A stretch of DNA of 64,000 nt, taken from positions 20 to 64,019 of the forward strand of contig CAZDLY010000008.1 of NCBI GenBank assembly GCA_964506575.1, in the 5' to 3' direction. The position numbers and the translations under genes were made by a program. The notes under the pieces are model-generated. The model was given only the letters and a program-made list of their open reading frames with translations, made no database searches and was not told the origin of the DNA. Source of the DNA: an uncultured Akkermansia sp. Lineage in GTDB: Bacteria > Verrucomicrobiota > Kiritimatiellia > RFP12 > JAAYNR01. The first letter of the stretch is position 1; every line of letters starts with the position of its first letter. This document shows, one piece after another, positions 8,373 through 16,500 of this stretch.

Positions 8373-8407
8373 TGAGCCTTCACAAACCGGCGGTTTGTGA
8401 AGGCTCA
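8373..8407. terminator. perfect 16-bp stem hairpin between convergent relE and secDF
   Basis: The arms are TGAGCCTTCACAAACC and GGTTTGTGAAGGCTCA, separated by the loop ggc. No clear U-tract follows on either strand, so it may be a factor-dependent or bidirectional stop, or an RNA-stability element. Confidence 0.5.
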
Positions 8408-8416
8408 TCCATAATC

Positions 8417-10966
8417 CTACGCCTTCTTGCCATCGGCGGCGAAGCCGGGGCGGCGGCCCTTGTACCAGGCGACCATCACCGGGGTGGCGATGAAGAGCGT
8501 CGAGTAGGTGCCGGCGATCATGCCGATGATCATCGTCAGTGCGAAGTCGCGGATCGAGCCGCCGCCGAAGATCAGCAGGGAGAAGACGGCCAGCATCGTG
8601 ACAAAGGTCGTGAGCAGGGTCCGGCTGAGCGTCTGATTCATCGCGCGGTTGATCACATCTATAAAGCTGGACCGTTGATCCAGGCGCATGTCCTCGCGGA
8701 TGCGGTCAAAGATCACGATCGTGTCGTTGATCGAGTAGCCGACGATCGTCAACAGCGCCGCCACGGTGGTCAGATTCACCTGCCGCCCCAGGAGCGTGAA
8801 GATGCCGAAGGTCACCAGCACGTCATGGGCCAGGGCCACGATGGCGCCGAGCGCAAACCCGAACTGGAAGCGCACCGTGATGTAGATGATCATGCCGATC
8901 AGCGAGATGACGATCGCCTTGATCGCGTCGTTGCGCAGGTCTTTGCCGACCGCCGGGCCGATCATCTCTTCGCCGATGACCTTGAACTGCATGTCGGGCA
9001 GGCTCTCGTCCAGCGCAAGCTGCACCCGCTTGGATGTGGGGGCGCCGGCGATCTCGGTGTAGCTGGATTTGATTTCCAGGACCCCCGCACCGCTTTCGAG
9101 CGACTTCTGGTACTGCACGGCGGCATCGGGAATGCCGGCGTCCGTCAGCGCCTGGCGCACCTGGCCCAGATCGGCCTGTTTTCCATAGGAGAGCGTGACC
9201 GAAGCGCCGCCCGTGAAGTCGACGCCGAGCACGGCGTTCCTGTCGCGCGCCACGCGCCCCGCGAAAAAGCCCCAGGAGATGACGATCACGGCCAGCGACG
9301 CCAGCATGGCGGGTTTCCGTTTGGCCAGGAAGTCGTAGGAGGTCGTCCCGATCAGCTTCAACATGCGGTACGGCTTGACGCGGTTTTCGGGAACCGTGGC
9401 GTCAAACACCATGCGGGTGAGCACCAGCGCGGTGTACATGCTGACGATCAGGCCGGCGGCCAGGGTGACGGCGAAGCCGCGGATCGGCCCCGAGCCGAAG
9501 ATGAAGAGGATGATGCCGGTGAGCAGGGTCGTCAGATTCGAGTCGAGGATCGCCAGGAAGGCGCGGTCATAGCCCGCCGCAACCGCGGCGCGGACCGATT
9601 TGCCGAGGAGGAACTCCTCGCGCATCCGTTCGTAGATCAGCACGTTGGCGTCCACCGCCATGCCGATCGAGAGGACGATGCCGGCGATTCCTGGGAGGGT
9701 CAGCACCGGAAGCTGGAGCACGCTGTTGGAGATTCCGGAATCGCGAACGAAGACACTGAGCAAGCCTCCGGCGATGATCATGCCAGCGGGCATCAGCACC
9801 AAGTTGGCCAGCAGCGCGACGTTGGCGATCAGGCCGCAGTACAGGTAGTACATGCCCATGAAGAGGATCACGGCCAGCGTGCCGATGACGGCCGCCTTGA
9901 CACCGCTTCTGATGGCGTCCGATCCCAGGGTCGGCCCCACCGTTCGTTTCTCGATGATCTTGACGGGGGCGGGCAGGGCGCCGGCGTTGAGGGTGTTGCG
10001 CAGGATGGCGGCGTCGCGGGCGGTGAAGCTGCCGCTGATGGAGGCGCGGCCGCTGGGGATCGGCTCGTTGATGACCGGCGCCGAGTAGAGGGTGCCGTCG
10101 AGGACGATGGCGAGCTGCCGGCCGACGTCGCTGTCCAGGTTGCCGGGGCCCTTGGGCGCGTAGCGGGCGGTGAGCCGTGCGAATTCGGTCTTGCCGCGGC
10201 TCGAGAAGGAGAGGCCCACGTGCATCGCGCCGGTCACGGGATCGCGGTTGATATCGGCCCGCTCGATCTTGTCGCCCGTCATCTCGACCTTGCGCAGTAC
10301 GAAATGCGGCGCGTACAGCGTCTGGCCGTTCTTCAGGCGCGTCTCCTCCAGCATGAACTCATAGAGCGGATCGGGCGTGTGGAAGGTGGACAGTTCACGG
10401 GCATAGCCGGGGTCCTTGACCACGGAGCGGAACTCCTCCGTCCGCTGGTAGAACCGGCGTCCGTCCATCTCCACAATCTCATGGCCGCGGGGTTTGCGGC
10501 CTTCGGTGAACAGGGCTTCGACGAGTTTCTGGTTGTTCTTGTGGACCAGCCGGAATTGGAGGAACGCCGCGCTCTTGATGCTTTGCTCGGCGGCGGCAAA
10601 CTCCCATTCGTTGGTTCCGGGAATCTGGATCAGGATGCGGTGATCCGCGCCCGCCATGATCAGCGGCTCGGAGGTGCCCAGCCCGTCGATGCGGTTGCGC
10701 AGGACCTCGAGGATCCGCTCATCGGCGTCCTTCATCGCGTCGCGCACCTTGCTGTCGATCGCCTCGGCGTCGAGCTTGGGGTTGTCCGCCGCGAGATCCG
10801 CGCGAAGCTTCTCCGCGTCGATCTGCACGGTGAAGCTCACGCCGCCCTGCAGGTCGAGACCGAGGCGGATCTTCTTCTCGGGCGGCATGACCACATAGAC
10901 CGAAAAGACCGTGATGATCGCCAGAAGCAACCACTTCCAAACCGCATGTTTGCTGTTCATGTCCAT
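8417..10966 (-). CDS. secDF: protein translocase subunit SecDF (fused SecD-SecF)
   Basis: SecD features are present (LGLDLQGGVSFTV, periplasmic domain, VGPTLG). A second RND-like 6-TM SecF half follows (GVDFTGG..., INDTIVIFDRIRE). The start is ambiguous (10984, 10966 or 10960), with the GGAGGAG RBS overlapping codons 5-6. Confidence 0.92.
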   Translation of the reverse strand: MDMNSKHAVWKWLLLAIITVFSVYVVMPPEKKIRLGLDLQGGVSFTVQIDAEKLRADLAADNPKLDAEAIDSKVRDAMKDADERILEVLRNRIDGLGTSEPLIMAGADHRILIQIPGTNEWEFAAAEQSIKSAAFLQFRLVHKNNQKLVEALFTEGRKPRGHEIVEMDGRRFYQRTEEFRSVVKDPGYARELSTFHTPDPLYEFMLEETRLKNGQTLYAPHFVLRKVEMTGDKIERADINRDPVTGAMHVGLSFSSRGKTEFARLTARYAPKGPGNLDSDVGRQLAIVLDGTLYSAPVINEPIPSGRASISGSFTARDAAILRNTLNAGALPAPVKIIEKRTVGPTLGSDAIRSGVKAAVIGTLAVILFMGMYYLYCGLIANVALLANLVLMPAGMIIAGGLLSVFVRDSGISNSVLQLPVLTLPGIAGIVLSIGMAVDANVLIYERMREEFLLGKSVRAAVAAGYDRAFLAILDSNLTTLLTGIILFIFGSGPIRGFAVTLAAGLIVSMYTALVLTRMVFDATVPENRVKPYRMLKLIGTTSYDFLAKRKPAMLASLAVIVISWGFFAGRVARDRNAVLGVDFTGGASVTLSYGKQADLGQVRQALTDAGIPDAAVQYQKSLESGAGVLEIKSSYTEIAGAPTSKRVQLALDESLPDMQFKVIGEEMIGPAVGKDLRNDAIKAIVISLIGMIIYITVRFQFGFALGAIVALAHDVLVTFGIFTLLGRQVNLTTVAALLTIVGYSINDTIVIFDRIREDMRLDQRSSFIDVINRAMNQTLSRTLLTTFVTMLAVFSLLIFGGGSIRDFALTMIIGMIAGTYSTLFIATPVMVAWYKGRRPGFAADGKKA

Positions 10967-11033
10967 CTCCTCCGTGCTGTCCAAGCGCCGGACGCCGACC
11001 GCGGCGACCCGGAAATTCCGCCGGGTCCCGGGA

Positions 11034-11357
11034 TTACGCGGGATCTGTCTTGATCATTTCGCCATCGGCGAGCGTCCGGGTGATCGCGCCGCGCGCGATT
11101 TCGACGATGACGCCGTTGGCGATCTCGACCATGAAGGTGTGCTCCTTGCACTCGACCACCTTGCCGATGAACCCGCCGCCGAACAGCACCCGCTGGCCGG
11201 CCCGCAACTCGGCGATCTGCTTCTGCCGCTCCTTCTCCTTGCGCTGCTGCGGGCGGATCATCATGAAGTAGAAGATGCCCAGCATCAGGAGAATCGGCAC
11301 CATCATTCCCAGCCCGCCCGGCTGGGCCTGCGCGAGCGTCACGTTCAAACTGTCCAT
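11034..11357 (-). CDS. yajC: preprotein translocase subunit YajC
   Basis: A 107-aa protein with a single TM and the motif FYFMMIRPQQRKEKERQKQIAELRAGQRV. It lies directly upstream of secDF. Confidence 0.9.
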   Translation of the reverse strand: MDSLNVTLAQAQPGGLGMMVPILLMLGIFYFMMIRPQQRKEKERQKQIAELRAGQRVLFGGGFIGKVVECKEHTFMVEIANGVIVEIARGAITRTLADGEMIKTDPA

Positions 11358-11397
11358 ACTGTCTCTTTTCCGCGGGTCTCCCCGCCTCGCTGCCGGC

Positions 11398-12576
11398 TCA
11401 GCCGGCGTTTACCGTTGGTGCGTCCGCGACGGACACCGCCACTCGCAACCGGGCGGCGCATGCGCGCCTCCAGTCGTCAAAGGCGCCGGCCGCGATCGCC
11501 CCGCGCATCTCGCGCAGCGTCTCCAGATAGCGGTGCACGTTGTGAAGGGTCAGCAACCGCACGCCCAAAATCTCGTTCACATTCAGCAGGTGCCGGACGT
11601 AGGCGCGGCTGAACGTCTGGCAGCAGTAGCACCCGCACCCTTCCTCCACCGGCCGCGTGTCGCACTTGGCGGCGCCCGCCTTGACCGGATAGAAGCCGTG
11701 CGCCGTGAACGCCGAGCCGTTCCGCGCATGCCGCGTGGGTATCACGCAATCGAACAGGTCGACTCCGTGCGCCACCGCCTCCGCCATCTGCCACATGTCG
11801 CCCAGCCCCATCACATAGCGGGGCCGGTCAACCGGCAGCAGGCGGACGCCGTCCTCCACCTCCTGAAGCAAAACAGGTTCCGGTTCGCCCACGCTGACGC
11901 CGCCGACGGCGTAACCGTCAAAGCCGATGGCCGTCAGCCCGCGGGCGCACCGTTCCCGCAGCTCCCGAAACTCCCCGCCCTGCACAATGCCAAAGACGAG
12001 CTGTCCCGAAGCGCGAGCCTGATTCGCACATAAGCCCGCCCATAATAAGGTCTTATCGACCGCCTGACAAGCGGATTGTGCGGAACAGGGATAGGGCGGA
12101 CACTCGTCGAAGCACATGGCGATGTCGGATCCGAGCGTTTTCTGGGCGGCCATAGCCTCGACAGGACCGATAAAAAGCGCCCGGCCGTCGATATGCGACT
12201 GGAACTCGACGCCGGTGTCCCGGATCTTGCGCAATCCGGAAAGGCTGAACACCTGGAAGCCGCCGCTGTCGGTGAGAATGGGGCCGTCCCAGCCCATGAA
12301 GCGGTGGAGTCCGCCGCAGGCTTCGATGATCTCCAGGCCCGGGCGGACCAGCAGATGGTAGGTGTTGCTCAGGATCACTTGCGCGCCAGCGGCGGTCAGA
12401 TCGCGCGGTTCCAGGCACTTGACCGTGGCCTGCGTCCCCACGGGCATGAAGGCGGGCGTCTCGATCGGGCCATGGGCGGTCCAGAGCACCCCGGTCCGGG
12501 CTGAACTGCGCGGATCGGCCTTCTGAATGTCGAAGGTTCCCGGCGGGCGCGGCCACGGCTTGGCGAAACTGTTCAT
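11398..12576 (-). CDS. tgt: queuine tRNA-ribosyltransferase (tRNA-guanine transglycosylase)
   Basis: Motifs present: ARTGVLWTAHGPIETPAFMPVGTQATVK, LTDSGGFQVFS and the Zn site CxCxxC (CGCYCC). Start chosen at MNSFAKP. Confidence 0.92.
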   Translation of the reverse strand: MNSFAKPWPRPPGTFDIQKADPRSSARTGVLWTAHGPIETPAFMPVGTQATVKCLEPRDLTAAGAQVILSNTYHLLVRPGLEIIEACGGLHRFMGWDGPILTDSGGFQVFSLSGLRKIRDTGVEFQSHIDGRALFIGPVEAMAAQKTLGSDIAMCFDECPPYPCSAQSACQAVDKTLLWAGLCANQARASGQLVFGIVQGGEFRELRERCARGLTAIGFDGYAVGGVSVGEPEPVLLQEVEDGVRLLPVDRPRYVMGLGDMWQMAEAVAHGVDLFDCVIPTRHARNGSAFTAHGFYPVKAGAAKCDTRPVEEGCGCYCCQTFSRAYVRHLLNVNEILGVRLLTLHNVHRYLETLREMRGAIAAGAFDDWRRACAARLRVAVSVADAPTVNAG

Positions 12577-12637
12577 GTCGGGGGTACAGACGATCCGTCC
12601 TTTGCGGAACCACGAGAGCGATGAGGAATTGCGGCCG

Positions 12638-13015
12638 TCAGGCGTCCGCGCCGGGAAGGACAACGGGTCCGTCGAGCGAAAAGATAATAATGCGTTCGCC
12701 GGTCAGTGTGCTGATATCGGTATGGAGGCTCTTGATCGACTGCCCGGTAATATCGCGGACGATGGTGTCCAACAGGGGACGCGCCTTCTCCAGCAGCTCC
12801 ATTCGGACCTGTTTGATGAGCGCGCGTCCCTGGCCCTCGGGGTCGCTTTTGGCCAGTTGCCGTTCCGCGGGCGTTAGAACGCCTTGCAGACGCACGAGGA
12901 TGATATCATACAGCAAATACGTGTGCACCGCTTCGGGTCCGCGCCCCATGTACTCACGCTCGAACTTGACGATGGCCTCGCTGATGTCAGCCTCGAGTTG
13001 TCCTCTCGTTCGCAT
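12638..13015 (-). CDS. DUF2294 (MpsC-like) domain protein
   Basis: MRTRGQLEADISEAIVKFEREYMGRGPEAVHTYLLYDIILVRLQGVLTPAE matches my memory of the DUF2294 N-terminal signature. About 125 aa from the internal ATG. Confidence 0.6.
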   Translation of the reverse strand: MRTRGQLEADISEAIVKFEREYMGRGPEAVHTYLLYDIILVRLQGVLTPAERQLAKSDPEGQGRALIKQVRMELLEKARPLLDTIVRDITGQSIKSLHTDISTLTGERIIIFSLDGPVVLPGADA

Positions 13016-13100
13016 GTCTGATTCCTTTGGCCGGAAGAATAGCATAGGTGCGTCCGCCTGCGCCACACTGAAAACGGCGAAGGCTCAACAGATCGGCCCT

Positions 13101-13391
13101 TCATCCAACGCCGCTTTCGGATTGTTTTACGCGGGAACGTCCAGGCGCGATCAGTCGACCGAGCAGCTTCCGCGCTTCTTCAATCGCCAGCACAGAGGAG
13201 GCAACTCCCACCGCAAGCGCCCAATGGGTCAGACTCAAGTCCGTAGTGCCGAATACCGCCTGTACAGGCGCCCAATGCACGACCAGTGCTTGGAGCAGTA
13301 CCACGCCCGTGAACGACAGCCACAGCCAGCGGTTGGTGAAGAAGTCACGGGTGAAGGCGGATTCGCGCCCGGCGCGGGCGTTAAAGGCGTT
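13101..13391 (-). pseudogene. in-frame C-terminal remainder (last TM helices) of the P-type ATPase, downstream of a TGA
   Basis: In the same frame as 13392-15863 it reads NAFNARAGRESAFTRDFFTNRWLWLSFTGVVLLQALVVHWAPVQAVFGTTDLSLTHWALAVGV..., the conserved tail of type II P-type ATPases. Confidence 0.75.
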
Positions 13392-15824
13392 TCACACCTG
13401 GAACAGGACGAAAGCGGTGAAGGGCAACGTGGTCGCGTGCGCGGCATTGCCGTTGCCATCCGCCCACCAGAGCAATCCGAGGGTGCCCGCCGCCATGATG
13501 CCGCCAAAGACGGCCAGTCGTCCCAGTCGACGCGGGGTAAGCATTCGCGCGCCGATCGCGCGTGGCGGTTTGTGCATGATGCCGGGGTGCGCGCGATCTA
13601 CGCCGAGAGCCATCGCCGGCGGGCCGTCCATGATAATGTTTACCCATAGGATCTGGATTGGATTGAAGGGCAGCGGCAGTCCCAGAAAAGGCGCGATGAA
13701 CACGGAGAGGATGGTGCCCAAGTTGGTGGAGACTTGGAAACACACGAACTTGACGATGTTGCCGTAAATGGTGCGTCCTTCACGCACTGCGTGCACGATG
13801 GAGGCAAAGTTGTCATCGGTGAGCACCAGGGTAGCCGCCTCCTTGGCCACGTCCGTGCCGGTGACGCCCATGGCCACGCCTATGTCGGCGCTCTTCAATG
13901 CAGGGGCGTCGTTCACCCCGTCACCGGTCATTGCCACCACTTGGCCGTGAGCCTTCAGCACTTTGACAAGGCGGACTTTCTGCTCGGGGGTGGCGCGAGC
14001 AAACACGGAAATGGCGTCGATGTGGCGGGCCAGCTCCGCGTCATTCAACGCGTCCAGTTCGGTCGAGTTCATCGCCGCGCCGTCGAGCCCCAGCTCGCGG
14101 GCGATGGCGGTGGCGGTGGTCTTCTGGTCACCGGTGATCATTTTCACCTGGATGCCGGCTTGGCGGCACAGGCGGATGGCCTCTGTTGCCTCGGGCCGCG
14201 GCGGGTCCATGAGGCCGACATGGCCGACGTAGACGAGGTTGTTCACCTGAGACATCAGATCTCCAGCCGGGTCGAAACCGGCGGCCTGGATCTCGGTCAC
14301 AGCCACTCCGAGCACACGTAAACCCTCGGATGCCAAGGCCTCGTTGGCGCGGGCAAGTTCGATGCGGCCCGCAGCATCGAGCGGCGCTTCGCCGTGCGCG
14401 CTGAGAAAGCGATCGGCACGGGTCATGAGCACATCGGGCGCGCCCTTGACGAAGATCCGCACCTGGCCTCCCCGCAGATGAAAGGTGGCCATGAACTTGT
14501 GGGCTGTGTCGAAGGGGATCTCGGCGATGCGCGGCAGATTGCTCAGCATCGTATCCGAGTCGAGGCCCCCCTTGGCTGCCAGCACCTTGAGCGCGCCTTC
14601 CATGGGGTCACCCACTACCTGGCCTCCATTCACACGGGCGTCGTTGCACAGGGCGAGAGGCATCAGAATGGGCGCAAGGTCTATGCCGGCGCCACCCTCG
14701 ATTCGTCCGTTGGCCGTGTAACCCGTGCCGCTCACGCGGAAATGATGTCCATGGACGTAAAGGGCTCGGGCGGTCATCTGGTTAAGCGTTAGCGTACCGG
14801 TCTTGTCCGTGCAGATGACCGAGGTGCAGCCCAAGGTCTCCACCGCCGCCAGGCGTTTGACCAGCGCTCGCTGTCGGGCCATGCGGTGCAGCCCCAGAGA
14901 CAGCGTTACCGTCACCACCGCCGGCAGCCCCTCGGGGATGGCGGCAACGGACAGCGAGATCGCGGTCATCACCATCGCCATCCAAGGCTCGCCGCGCACG
15001 ATCCCGTGCGTGAGCATGATGGCGATCACCGCACCGGCGATCAATGCCAGCCGCTTGCCAAGAGAATCGAGCTGTATCTGTAGCGGAGTGGGTGCCTCGT
15101 CAGCCGCGGTAAGCATGGCTGCGAGCCGTCCCATCTCGGTGTCAGCCCCCGTGGCCGTGACCGCCAGTTCTGATCGCCCTCGCGTCACCACCGTATTCAG
15201 GTACAGCATGTTGCCGCGCTCGGCGAGCGGCGTATCGGGGTCGGCGATCGATTCGCTGCGCTTGCCGACGGTGTGGGACTCGCCGGTGAGCGAGGATTCG
15301 TCCACCTCCAGGCCGTGTGCGGCGAGCGCCCGCCCGTCGGCCGGCACGCGGTCGCCGGCATCGAGCAGCACGATGTCGCCGGGCACAAGCTCATGGGTCG
15401 GGATCATGCGCGTCACGCCATCACGGCGCACTTCGGCCTCGGGGGCGAGCATCTTCTTGAGGGCGGCGAGGGATCGCTCAGCGCGGTATTCCTGAAAGAA
15501 ACCGAGCCCCGCATTGATCAGGACCACGACGAGGATCACCAGGGTGTCTTTACTGTCGCCAACCAATGCCGCTAACCCCGCCGCGCCGATCAGCACCAGG
15601 ACGAGAATGCTCTTGAACTGGTCAAAGAACAGCCACACAGGCGAGCGCGGCGGCTTCTCGGGCAGGCGGTTTTCGCCGTGCGCGTCGAGACGGCGACGGG
15701 CTTCCTTCCCGGAAAGTCCGCACGCTTTGTCCGTACCGAGGGCATGCAGCACCTCGTCCGGGGCGAGGGTGTGCCAGAAGCGAACGGAGCGCAGCCGACC
15801 ATCGCCGGTATCTGTCAGTGTCAT
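13392..15824 (-). CDS. cation-transporting P-type ATPase (type II, Ca2+/Mg2+-like), prematurely terminated by in-frame TGA
   Basis: Motifs present: TGES, phosphorylation site ICTDKTGTLT, MITGD, VAMTGDGVNDAPALK. The ORF stops at FVLFQV-TGA (13392-13394) although the protein family continues. Start chosen at MTLTD (15824). Confidence 0.9.
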   Translation of the reverse strand: MTLTDTGDGRLRSVRFWHTLAPDEVLHALGTDKACGLSGKEARRRLDAHGENRLPEKPPRSPVWLFFDQFKSILVLVLIGAAGLAALVGDSKDTLVILVVVLINAGLGFFQEYRAERSLAALKKMLAPEAEVRRDGVTRMIPTHELVPGDIVLLDAGDRVPADGRALAAHGLEVDESSLTGESHTVGKRSESIADPDTPLAERGNMLYLNTVVTRGRSELAVTATGADTEMGRLAAMLTAADEAPTPLQIQLDSLGKRLALIAGAVIAIMLTHGIVRGEPWMAMVMTAISLSVAAIPEGLPAVVTVTLSLGLHRMARQRALVKRLAAVETLGCTSVICTDKTGTLTLNQMTARALYVHGHHFRVSGTGYTANGRIEGGAGIDLAPILMPLALCNDARVNGGQVVGDPMEGALKVLAAKGGLDSDTMLSNLPRIAEIPFDTAHKFMATFHLRGGQVRIFVKGAPDVLMTRADRFLSAHGEAPLDAAGRIELARANEALASEGLRVLGVAVTEIQAAGFDPAGDLMSQVNNLVYVGHVGLMDPPRPEATEAIRLCRQAGIQVKMITGDQKTTATAIARELGLDGAAMNSTELDALNDAELARHIDAISVFARATPEQKVRLVKVLKAHGQVVAMTGDGVNDAPALKSADIGVAMGVTGTDVAKEAATLVLTDDNFASIVHAVREGRTIYGNIVKFVCFQVSTNLGTILSVFIAPFLGLPLPFNPIQILWVNIIMDGPPAMALGVDRAHPGIMHKPPRAIGARMLTPRRLGRLAVFGGIMAAGTLGLLWWADGNGNAAHATTLPFTAFVLFQV

Positions 15825-15960
15825 GTTGTCTCTTTTCTTACGGCGTTCCAGAGCGCCGAACACGTTCCTGTCGCCCTTAGGCGTTTCAACGGAACGCCAT
15901 TTTGTCCCCGATACTCCATGGCATTCTCCCCGGCAGTTCGGCTCGGACCTGACTCCAAGT

Positions 15961-16473
15961 TCACGTCATGCTCACGCTCGCCTGTAAGGCATGGTCCGCT
16001 TTGACTACCTCTTCTGTCATGCGCTTGCGGTAGGCGGCCAACTGCGTGCGCAATCCGCTGTCCTGAAGCGCCAGGATGGCGACCGCCAGCAAGCCCGCGT
16101 TCTTGGCGCCGGCCTTGCCGATCGCGACTGTCGCCACAGGAATGCCCCCGGGCATCTGTACGGTGGACAACAGGGAATCAAGCCCGCCCAGATCGCTTGT
16201 CTGCATGGGAACCCCGATCATCGGGAGAAGCGTCAGCGAGGCGAGAACGCCCGCCAGATGCGCCGCCTTCCCCGCGCCTGCGATGATCACCTTGACCCCG
16301 CGATCTTCCGCCGACAGGGCGAAGTCCCGGGCTGCATCCGGCGTGCGATGCGCGGAAATGACGCGGATCTCATGCGGCACCGAGAACTCCTTGAACACGG
16401 CTGAGGCTTCTTTCAGCGTGTCGAGGTCGGATTGACTTCCCATCACGATGGATACCAGTGGTTTGTTCTCCAT
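15961..16473 (-). CDS. purE: 5-(carboxyamino)imidazole ribonucleotide mutase
   Basis: VSIVMGSQSDLDTLKEA...VISAHRTPD...IIAGAGKAAHLAGVLAS...PMIGVP is the classic PurE pattern. Confidence 0.93.
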   Translation of the reverse strand: MENKPLVSIVMGSQSDLDTLKEASAVFKEFSVPHEIRVISAHRTPDAARDFALSAEDRGVKVIIAGAGKAAHLAGVLASLTLLPMIGVPMQTSDLGGLDSLLSTVQMPGGIPVATVAIGKAGAKNAGLLAVAILALQDSGLRTQLAAYRKRMTEEVVKADHALQASVSMT

Positions 16474-16500
16474 TTAACTATCTCCTTTATGGCTCATTGA

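Noticed and set aside
12053-12663. An N-terminal extension of tgt (start at 12663) and overlapping alternative-frame ORFs (12053-12613 on the minus strand, 12076-12504 on the plus strand).
   Set aside because: The extension would overlap the DUF2294 gene and is Arg/Ser-rich. Tgt homology begins near MNSFAKP...ARTGVLWTAHGPIETP. The other ORFs are compositional artefacts inside tgt.
13389-13430. The in-frame TGA in the P-type ATPase as a selenocysteine or recoded codon. A small GC palindrome, CGCGCCGGGCGCG, lies ~14 nt downstream.
   Set aside because: The position falls in a hydrophobic TM-adjacent motif where the family has an aliphatic or aromatic residue, not a redox Cys/Sec. The palindrome is too short and loopless to be a SECIS-like hairpin. 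TGA terminates other genes in this window. A nonsense mutation or sequencing error is the simpler explanation.
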